From Spirochaetia bacterium (GTDB lineage: Bacteria > Spirochaetota > Spirochaetia > SZUA-6 > Bin103), in assembly GCA_965203515.1 (NCBI GenBank), contig OZ241907.1, positions 320,001 through 384,000 on the forward strand: DNA of 64,000 bases. Reading direction: 5' to 3'. A program made the translations under genes and the position numbers. Of this stretch, positions 61,501-64,000 are shown piece by piece; positions within the stretch are counted from its first letter, which is position 1, and every line of letters begins with the position of its first letter. The notes below the pieces were generated by a model. It made no database searches. It was not told where the DNA came from and worked only from the letters and a program-made list of their open reading frames with translations.

Positions 61501-64000
61501 CGATCACGATACCGGCCGGGGCGACGTCGAAGGCGGCGGACACGGCGACGATCACGGCGGTGAACGACGCGATCGACAACGTGGGCAACCGCACGGTGAC
61601 GGTGAGCGGGACGGCGCAGAACAGCCAGGGCGTGGGGACGGTGACCGGAGCGAGCCTCACCCTCACGGATGACGAGGGAGCGCCGACGGCGACGCTGGCG
61701 CTGAGCGCTGAGACGATCGACGAGCACGACGGAACGAATCCGGGGAAGGCGACGGTGACGGCGACGTTGAACCGAGCGTCGAGCGAGGCGGTGACGCTGA
61801 CGGTGGCCGCGGCGGCGGGGACGAACGCAGCGGCGGGCGACTTCAGCCTGTCGAGCACGACGACGCTGAGCATCGCCGCCGGAGCGACCAGCAGCACCGG
61901 AACGGTGACGGTGACGGCGGTCGACAACACGGTCGACGCGCCGGACAAGGAAGTGACGGTGACGGCGGCGGTGAGCGGGGACAGCGGGATAGCGGCGCCG
62001 GCGAGCGTGACGCTGACGATCGAGGACGACGAAGCGGCGCCTGGGGTGACGCTGGCGGTGGCCGACAGCGCGATCGCCGAGAACGGCGGAACGACGACGG
62101 TGACCGCCACGCTGAGCCACGCATCGAGCGCGGCGACCACCATCACGGTGACCGCGGCAGACGGCGCCTACACGGTGGGGACCGACGCGACGATCGAGAT
62201 CGCGGCGGGAGAGACGGCGAACGCGGCCGACACGGCGACGATCACGGCGGTGGACGACGCGATCGACAACACGGTCAATCGGTCGGTGACGGTGAGCGGG
62301 ACGGCGCAGAACAGCCAGGGCGTGGGAACGGTGACCGGAGCGAGCCTCACCCTCACCGACGACGAGGGAGCGCCGACGGCGACGCTGGCGCTGAGCGCTG
62401 AGACGATCGACGAGCACGACGGGACCGATCCGGGGAAGGCGACGGTGACGGCGACGTTGAACCGGGCGTCGAGCGAGGCGGTGACGCTGACGGTGGCCGC
62501 AGCGACCGGGACGAACGCGGCGGCGGGCGACTTCACGCTGTCGAGCACGACGACGTTGAGCATCGCGGCCGGGGTGACCAGCAGCACCGGTGAGGTGACG
62601 GTGACGGCGGTCGACGACACGGTCGACGCGCCGGACAAGGAAGTGACGGTAACGGCGGCGGTGAGCGGCGACAGCGGGATAGCGGCCCCCGCAAGCGTGA
62701 CGCTGACGATCGAGGACGACGAGGCGGCGCCGGGGGTGACGCTGGCGGTGGCCGACAGTGCGATCGACGAGAACGGCGGCACGACGACGGTGACGGCGAC
62801 GCTGAGCCATGCGTCGAGCGCGGCGACGACGATCACGGTGACGGCGGTAGACGGCGCCTACACGGTGGGGACCGACGCGACGATCGAGATCGCGGCAGGC
62901 GAGACGGCGAACGCTGCGGACACGGCGGGGATCACGGCGGTGGCCGACGCGGAAAGCACCGGCGACCGCACGGTGACGGTGACCGGAACGGCGCAGAACA
63001 GCCAGGGCGCGGGGGAGGTGACCGGAGCGGAGCTGACCCTCCGCGACGGCGGCGGTGGCGGGGTGGCGGCGTTCGAGCTGAGCGGCGCGGTGGCGGACCA
63101 GGAGTGGATCGAGGGGCAGGCGATCACGCCGTTGACGCTGCCGGCAGCGACCGGCGGCGACGGAGCGGTGAGCTATGCGTTGAGGCCGGAACTGCCGGGC
63201 GGCGTGAGCCGGGACGCAGCCAGCCGGGAGGTGACCGGGACGCCGGAGGCGGCCCAGGCGGAGACCGAATACACCTGGACCGCGACCGACGGCGGAGGCG
63301 CGACGGTCGACGTGACGTTCACCATCGAGGTGCTTGCCGGCGCGGTCCGGGACGAGCCGCCGGTGGGGTCATCGGCGCCGGCGTCGGGTCCGGTGCCGCC
63401 GGCGGCCGGGGTAGTGAAGGTGACGATCGGGGACGCGTCGATCATGGAAGGCGACGGGCGGCGGGTCGATGCGGAGTTCACGGTGAAGCTGGACCGGGCG
63501 AGCGCGGCGCCGGTCACGGTGGGGTATGAGACCCGTGACGACACGGCGACTGCGGGGGCCGACTACGCGCAGTGCGCGGGAACGGTGACCTTCGCGCCGG
63601 GGGAGACGCAACGGATGATTGCGGTGGAGGTGCTGCCGGACACGACGGTGGAGGCGAACGAGGAGTTCATGGTGACGCTGGTCGAGCCGGAGAACGCGGT
63701 GCTGGAGCGGGCGATGGCGCGGGGGACGATCGGAGACAACGACGTGGCGCTGCTGGCGATCGACGACACGCAGGTGAAGGAAGGGGACCGGGGCCGATCG
63801 GCGGCGTGGTTCGAGGTGCGGATGATCTCGAAGACGGAGCGGCCGGTGCTGCTGCGGTACACGACGAAGGACGGGACGGCGCGAGCGGGGGAGGACTACG
63901 AGGCGGCGAGCGAGGTGCTGGTGTTCGCGCCGGGAGAGGCGGCGAAGCGGGTATCGGTGGCGGTGCTGGGAGACACGGAGCCGGAGGCGGACGAGACGTT
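40539..64000 (+). CDS. Giant secreted Ig-like/Calx-beta repeat surface protein (adhesin-like), >7,800 aa, runs off the right edge
   Basis: Frame with codons starting at positions divisible by 3: signal peptide ...AAAALVALLSLAPSAAA|QSP at ~40590-40655. The same frame was checked at 54363 and 63963, and the track lists no terminated ORF in it. He_PIG-like (LPAATGGDG..Y...LPxGL.F....I.GTP), DxDxDG domains and Calx-beta motifs (TATAGADY, VTFAPGET, DTTVEANEEF). Confidence 0.9.
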   Translation, partial: MPHYRVTARAGRGIPGGSAAAAAALVALLSLAPSAAAQSPALSFGSAAVESKLYDTGTAITPIVLPEATGGAGTLSYTLSPSTLPRGLTWTASTRTIAGTPTAVTAATTYTWQATDGDGDRATLTFSLRVWAPAGPAVDGTGVRLETVNGRTKYNYWPGEAIWFLVQYPEKVAVTGTPQVTLVVGDRKRKADYSAADTAWLRLATNDDPYDLLIFTYTVRADDFDGDGVAVPADALSLNGGTIRAVDGGADAKLSLGTHAVANGDATSVQMRVRDTAPAFSQSASAANRSFALNAATSTTLPRATGDGALTYAVSPALPRGLSLASASPKITGTPRVAGATTHTLTATDADGDRTALGPFTITVAAASAPKPSALTLSPPPGFDGDYAAGEVIRAFVSFDKGVTVTGAPRLALTIGANTRQASYHAAGSDSDDLSFRYTVTSSDFDGDGISIGDAALTLNGGAIAGTAAGAPAAALDLSGYAVANAAGHTVRDTQPSFGSASVSARNYPKDTAVDESLPAATGGDGTLRYTLQPALPRGLSFDPAGRRIHGTPSVRAPPATYTYRATDGDGDAAALTFLLAVTDVPAVSAVRVSSSPASGDAYGALETISVEVRFDQAVTVTAPNPGLALTVGARTRSAAFAGKPNASTLRFSYRVQASDDDDDGIGVAAGALTLNGAGKLRDATGTRDAALALGTHAIANAAGHQVDTPPKISGVAITSRPTNGNYAAGDVIAARLTFTESVFVRRNPPTVALTIGANTRTATWHGGPSIGGPNTHTFAYTVQSSDFDGDGISIAAGAVTANSGFLAHSRNDPNRRALVGLGSHAIANDANHRVRDTAPTFAAAVAAQHYVAGAAASLTLPAATGDGAISYRLTGALPGGLIYRSADRRISGTPQAAAAASAQTWVATDADGDATTLTFTITVAAAGAPKVSALTFLSTPRRGATYAVGETIVAGIKFDKSVTMTGSPRLALSIGGVTRYASLFSRPSRVTRWHHPFTYTVQSVDRDTDGISIGASALSLNGGSIVRSNDASVAASLALGSFAVANAAGHKVDGGTNQPPAVRSVSVDSWPVASAGYAAGDVIRLNVGFSEPLVVTGSPRLALGIGTNTRQAAFDRAAHKQLYFRYTVQVSDHDADGISVAANALTLPDGAAVRDAAGADAALGLGSRALSNLSAHKVSTPPKVTGLAIVSKPQQAGTYTRGGVITARVTFDQSVTVSGSPALALTIGADTRAATAAAGSGSAYVDFSYTVAAADADADGLGITGAALTLPSGAAIRDADGAGAVLDLGSYAATRFANAKVDGSKTGLWPDFGSATGPDLSIGKNVTVTYLLDPACGPVPIGCALAASHTGDAPLAYTVSPPLPSGLNLYRGTAVLVGAATVASPSTRYTLTVTDANGDTDTLTFTLAVTGDRPTVHGVSFRSSPAAASTYGRGEEIRVAVRFRRQGGGALAVTGSPRLALRIGSVTRQAAYYGVSGDGVLFRYAVQAADRDADGVSIAAGALTLNGGAIRDRAGNAALLGLGRHRVANHASHKVDGGIRRAPSVTGVTISTSPAAGDTYSRGEAIEVAVRFSQGVGVTGTPRLALGIGSAARYANYDRAGATSATQYFRYVVQQADVDADGLSIGTGALTLNGGAIRNNQGTNAALGLGRHAISNAANAKVNGAVNSPAIVTGVAITSRPAKGDTFRLGEEIRVRVTFSKAVVASRRTYRQGNPGWPRLALTVGSRTHRAALRTSTSWGPQPAGTTLAFHYTVQAGDYDGDGLGIAAAALDANLGSIRHGGVDANLSLGRHAVSAAAFKVDGRRPSVSGVSITSRPGAGDTYAAGEVIHAAITFDMPVRVPVGPYPGGSPTLALAVGRHTRQMTYTGSGASAIGFRYAVQAGDRDPDGVSVVTRGGLDLKGLAITAAASGNPAVTDLSGFTGHGGAGQKVDGAARPPVVRTLVMSSPQRGSTFDRHEEIGINVRFSQDLTVTGTPQLSLVIGSRTKTLNMARSFGSYLRFVYEVQAGDADADGVVVPANSLALNGGTIRNRHGVDAALGHLVYRPPLNVDGAANHPPVAIRAGFAGRPIGGVYGRGDMIDVVVNWGKRVTVTGTPQLALDVGAGTRQAALQSGNQLYSRFRYVVQAGDLDNDGIGFGSGALTLNGGSISGPGGTTANLTLPAAATDANRRVDGRILPQPAFTGSVTARTWTVGSSVSYALPAATGARGTIGYAMRQRLPDGLEFSAASRTITGTPTTVTPRATYTLQATDSATGAKGTLDFSIEITPNAAPVFIPATFDAQVYVKDAPIAPVALPAATGGNTPLSYALTGPGATTTLTLPDGISWTRPSGTNTGGTLSGTPTAVAAQATYTLTATDADDDAATLTFTLEVQDDATPAFGTATIANQSWKRYRAITAFTLPAATGGNGSLSYALSPDLPTGVTYDTAHRVSGTPSVALAATSYTWTATDADGDTAALTFTITVADNSLPAFQVLAPKDRVYTRYKQAGGTLPPAIGGDAPLTYTLSRALPAGMARSASPGRTPGGPPVDTANRSYAGAPTAAMSKTSYAWTVTDADGDQAVWDFTLTVLDNGAPDFGAAAVADQSWIRRRTITAFTLPAATGGDGSVSYALSPALPAGVAKDAGHRVSGAPDAALARTEYTWTATDGDGDQDSLTFYVTVADRPAAALVLTPATIDESGTGNATTVTATLDKAASAATTVTVSAAAGTNAEAGDFTLSTAKTLTIAAGATTSTGTVTITAVDNADAEPDKSVTVSGSVDNDDVAAPAAVTLTIADDDRPSTPTLYVDSPKVAEGGPGDPSQSNSLTWTVTLAPASDQEVRVSIALDQEAGTATAGTYQRAAEGADHGFPSTPQLVFPPGETSRKIKVSVHGDSTAEPDETVVLALSGPVNAALDATSATGTILDDDTPAVTLAVADSSIAEAGGTTTVTATLSQASGAATTVTVTAVTGAYTVGSDATIEIAAGETANAADTATITAVNDDVDNVGDRSVTVTGTAQNSHGVGTVTGAALTLTDDEATPTATLALSAETIDEHDGSVAGSATVTASLNRASSEAVTLTVAAAAGTNAAAGDFSLSDTTTLTVAAGATGSTGTVTVTAVDDTTDAPDKEVTVTAAVSGDSGIAAPASVTLTIEDDEAAPGVTLAVADSSIAEDGGTTTVTATLSHASSEATTITVTAVDGSYTVGDDVTITIAAGETANAAATVTITAVNDDVDNVGNRTATVSGTAQNGQGVGTVTGASLTLTDDEATPTATLVLSAETIDEHDGTNPGKATVTATLNRASSEAVTLTVSAAAGTNAAAGDFSLSSAKTLSIAAGATSSTGTVTVTAVDDTTDAPDKEVTVTAAVSGDSGIAAPASVTLTIEDDEAAPGVTLAVTDSSIAEDGGTTTVTATLSHASSEATTMTVTAVDGSYTVGEDATIEIAAGETANAPDTVTITAVDDDVDNVGDRSVTVTGTAQNGQGVGTVTGAALTLTDDEATPTATLALSAETIDEHDGTNPGQATVTASLDRASSEAVTLTVAAAAGTNTVAGDFSLSSTKTLSIAAGATTSTGTVTVTAVDDTTDAPDKEVTVTAAVSGDSGVAAPAAKTLTIEDDEVAPGVTLAVADSAIAENGGTTTVTATLSHASSAATTITVQPVTGAYTVGDDATIEIGAGETANAADTVTITAVDDDVDNVGDRSVTVSGTAQNSQGAGTVTGAALTLTDDEATPTATLVLSAETIDEHDGSVAGSATVTASLDRASSEAVTLTVAAAAGTNAAAGDFSLSSAKTLSIAAGATSSTGTVTVTAVDDTTDAPDKEVTVTAAVSGDSGIAAPASVTLTIEDDEAAPGVTLAVADSSIAEAGGTTTVTATLSHASSAATTITVQPVTGAYTVGSDATIEIASGETANAADTVTITAVDDDVDNVGDQSVTVSGTAQNGQGAGTVTGAALTLTDDEATPTATLALSAETIDEHDGSVAGSAMVTASLDRASSEAVTLTVAAAAGTNATAGDFSLSSAKTLSIAAGATSSTGTVTVTAVDNAVDAPDKEVTVTAAVSGDSGIAAPASVTLTIEDDEAAPGVTLAVADTSIAEDGGTTTVTATLSHASSAATTITVTAVDGSYTVGDDATIEIAAGETANAADSVTITAVNDDVDNVGNRTATVSGTAQNGQGVGTVTGASLTLTDDEATPTATLVLSAETIDEHDGTNPGKATVTATLNRASSEAVTLTVSAAAGTNAAASDFSLSSTKTLSIAAGATSSTGTVTVTAVDNTVDAPDKEVTVTAAVSGDSGIAAPASVTLTIEDDEAAPGVTLAVADSAIAEDGGTTTVTATLSHASSAATTITVQPVSGAYTVGSDATIEIGAGETANATDTVTITAVNDAIDNVGDRSATVSGTAQNSQGVGSVTGAALTLTDDEATPTATLALSAETIDEHDGSVAGSATVTATLNRASSEAVTLTVAAAAGTNAAAGDFSLSSTKTLSIAAGATSSTGTVTVTAVDDTTDAPDKEVTVTAAVSGDSGIAAPASVTLTIEDDEAAPGVTLAVADSAIAENGGTTTVTATLSHASSAATTITVQPVTGAYTVGSDATIEIAAGETANEADSVTITTVNDAINNLGVPTVTVGGTAQNSHGVQPVTGARLALTGKLLLNRETGGAAPGVTLAVADSAIAENGGTTTVTATLSHASSAATTITVQPVSGAYTVGSDATIEIAAGETANTADTATITAVNDDVDNVGDRSVTVSGTAQNSQGVGTVTGASLTLTDDEATPTATLALSPETIDEHDGTNPGKATVTATLNRASSEAVTLTVAAAAGTNAAAGDFSLSSTKTLSIAAGATTSTGTVTVTAVDDTTDAPDKEVTVTAAVSGDSGVAAPAAKTLTIEDDEAAPGVTLAVTDSAIAEDGGTTTVTATLSHASSAATTITVQPVTGAYTVGTDATIEIAAGETANAADTATITAVNDDVDNVGDRSVTVSGTAQNSQGVGTVTGAALTLTDDEATPTATLVLSAETIDEHDGTNPGKATVTATLNRASSEAVTLTVAVAAGTNAAAGDFSLSSTKTLSIAAGATSSTGTVTVTAVDNTVDAPDKEVTVTAAVSGDSGIAAPASVTLTIEDDEAAPGVTLAVTDSSIAEDGGTTTVTATLSHASSVATTITVQPVTGAYTVGSDATIEIGAGETANASDTVTITAVNDDVDNVGDRSVTVSGTAQNSQGAGTVTGAALTLTDDEATPTATLALSAETIDEHDGTNPGKAMVTASLNRASSEAVTLTVAAAAGTNAAASDFSLSSTKTLSIAAGATSSTGTVTVTAVDNTADAPDKEVTVTAAVSGDSGIADPASVTLTIEDDEAAPGVTLAVADSAIAEDGGTTTVTATLSHASSVATTITVQPVTGAYTVGEDATIEIGAGETANAADTVTITAVNDDVDNVGNRTVTVTGTAQNSQGAGTVTGASLTLTDDEATPTATLVLSAETIDEHDGTNPGKATVTATLNRASSEAVTLTVAAAAGTNAAVGDFSLSGTKTLSIAAGATSSTGTVTVTAVDNTADAPDKEVTVTAAVSGDSGVAAPAAKTLTIEDDEAAPGVTLAVADSAIAENGGTTTVTATLSHASSAATTITVQPVTGAYTVGEDATITIPAGATSKAADTATITAVNDDVDNVGNRTATVSGTAQNGQGVGTVTGASLTLTDDEATPTATLALSPETIDEHDGSVAGSATVTASLNRASSEAVTLTVAAAAGTNAAAGDFTLSSTKTLSIAAGATSSTGTVTVTAVDDTTDAPDKEVTVTAAVSGDSGIAAPASVTLTIEDDEAAPGVTLAVTDSAIAENGGSTTVTATLSHASSAATTITVTAVTGAYTVGTDATIEIAAGETSNAADTVTVTAVNDDVDNVGDRSVTVSGTAQNSQGAGSVTGAALTLTDDEATPTATLALSAETIDEHDGTNPGKATVTASLNRASSEAVTLTVAAAAGTNAAAGDFTLSSVTTLSIAAGATSSTGTVTVTAVDNTTDAPDKEVTVTAAVSGDSGIAAPASVTLTIEDDEAAPGVTLAVADSAIAENGGTTTVTATLSHASSAATTITVQPVTGAYTVGEDATITIPAGATSKAADTATITAVNDDVDNVGNRTATVSGTAQNGQGVGTVTGASLTLTDDEATPTVTLALSAETIDEHDGTNPGKTTVTATLNRASSEAVTLTVAAAAGTNAAAGDFSLSSATTLSIAAGATSSTGTVMVTAVDNTTDAPDKEVTVTAAVSGDSGIAAPAAKTLTIEDDEAAPGVTLALADSAIDENGGSTTVTATLSHASSAATTITVQPVTGAYTVGSDATIEIAAGETANAADSVTITAVNDAIDNVGNRTATVSGTAQNSQGVGTVTGAALTLTDDEATPTVTLALSAETIDEHDGANPGKATVTASLNRASSEAVTLTVAAAAGTNAAAGDFSLSSTKTLSIAAGATTSTGTVTVTAVDNTTDAPDKEVTVTAAVSGDSGIAAPAAKTLTIEDDEAAPGVTLALADSAIDENGGSTTVTATLSHASSAATTITVQPVTGAYTVGSDATIEIAAGETANAADSVTITAVNDAIDNVGNRTATVSGTAQNSQGVGTVTGASLTLTDDEAMPTATLALSPETIDEHDGSVAGSATVTASLNRASSEAVTLTVAAAAGTNAAAGDFSLSGTKTLSIAAGATSSTGTVTVTAVDNTVDAPDKEVTVTATVSGDSGIAAPASVTLTIEDDEAAPGVTLAVADSAIAENGGTTTVTATLSHASSAATTITVQPVSGAYTVGSDATITIGAGETSNAADTVTITAVNDAIDNAGNRTATVSGTAQNSQGVGTVTGASLTLTDDEGTPTATLALSAETIDEHDGSVAGSATVTATLNRASSEAVTLTVSAAAGTNAAAGDFSLSSTKTLSIAAGATSSTGTVTVTAVDNTTDAPDKEVTVTAAVNGDSGIAAPASVTLTIEDDEAEPGVTLAVADSAIAENGGSTTVTATLSHPSSAATTITVQPVTGAYTVGSDATITIPAGATSKAADTATITAVNDAIDNVGNRTVTVSGTAQNSQGVGTVTGASLTLTDDEGAPTATLALSAETIDEHDGTNPGKATVTATLNRASSEAVTLTVAAAAGTNAAAGDFSLSSTTTLSIAAGATSSTGTVTVTAVDNTVDAPDKEVTVTAAVSGDSGIAAPASVTLTIEDDEAAPGVTLAVADSAIAENGGTTTVTATLSHASSAATTITVTAADGAYTVGTDATIEIAAGETANAADTATITAVDDAIDNTVNRSVTVSGTAQNSQGVGTVTGASLTLTDDEGAPTATLALSAETIDEHDGTDPGKATVTATLNRASSEAVTLTVAAATGTNAAAGDFTLSSTTTLSIAAGVTSSTGEVTVTAVDDTVDAPDKEVTVTAAVSGDSGIAAPASVTLTIEDDEAAPGVTLAVADSAIDENGGTTTVTATLSHASSAATTITVTAVDGAYTVGTDATIEIAAGETANAADTAGITAVADAESTGDRTVTVTGTAQNSQGAGEVTGAELTLRDGGGGGVAAFELSGAVADQEWIEGQAITPLTLPAATGGDGAVSYALRPELPGGVSRDAASREVTGTPEAAQAETEYTWTATDGGGATVDVTFTIEVLAGAVRDEPPVGSSAPASGPVPPAAGVVKVTIGDASIMEGDGRRVDAEFTVKLDRASAAPVTVGYETRDDTATAGADYAQCAGTVTFAPGETQRMIAVEVLPDTTVEANEEFMVTLVEPENAVLERAMARGTIGDNDVALLAIDDTQVKEGDRGRSAAWFEVRMISKTERPVLLRYTTKDGTARAGEDYEAASEVLVFAPGEAAKRVSVAVLGDTEPEADET
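49263..63047 (+). repeat. 690-bp (230-aa) tandem array: 19 full units, one internal 357-bp half unit and one terminal half unit
   Basis: The anchor motif recurs every 690 nt from 49391 to 54221, then +357, then every 690 nt to 62858. Each unit is two Calx-beta-like domains ending LTDDEA and IEDDEAA. Confidence 0.95.

Noticed and set aside
49391..63127. Series of 222-aa minus-strand ORFs (MIVVAALDAWLSV...) and long Arg-rich ORFs
   Set aside because: Antisense shadows of the repetitive + strand giant gene; they recur with its 690-bp period.

Overview
High-GC bacterial window in three parts. The gene content and the spirochaete-like 'AFATGEEE' signal peptide suggest a host-associated Spirochaetaceae-like genome, but that is inference only. 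(1) 1-4.9 kb is an accessory, defence-like hotspot. A ~580-bp diverged direct repeat carrying a complete dinB-family gene, a back-to-back promoter and the first 24 codons of a Schlafen/AlbA_2 ATP-binding gene occurs twice. Each dinB copy leads directly into different cargo: an ABC-class AAA ATPase cut by the window edge, and a small basic protein plus an ImmA/IrrE-like protein that has lost HEXXH. (2) 5-38 kb is a carbohydrate/uronate catabolic region. It has three CUT1 ABC permease pairs (one frameshifted, no ATPase), two solute-binding proteins, two paralogous ~1,100-aa PL26/YetA-like proteins, and PL22-like, sialidase-like, lactonase, Gfo/Idh/MocA, DHDPS-family and amidohydrolase genes. It also holds a PurA homologue lacking the TKLD guanine-specificity motif and an inserted AAA/PD-(D/E)XK gene. 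(3) 38-64 kb has an Rpn/BrxA-like/Uma2 remnant mosaic, then one + strand reading frame of >7,800 codons that runs off the window and is absent from the ORF track. It encodes a giant Ig/Calx-beta surface protein with 19 full 690-bp repeats. Its upstream ATGs are separated from the body by a G15 tract that is currently out of frame, a candidate phase-variation switch. No rRNA, tRNA, CRISPR array or intact IS/integrase was seen. All family assignments are from motif recognition by eye, not database searches.
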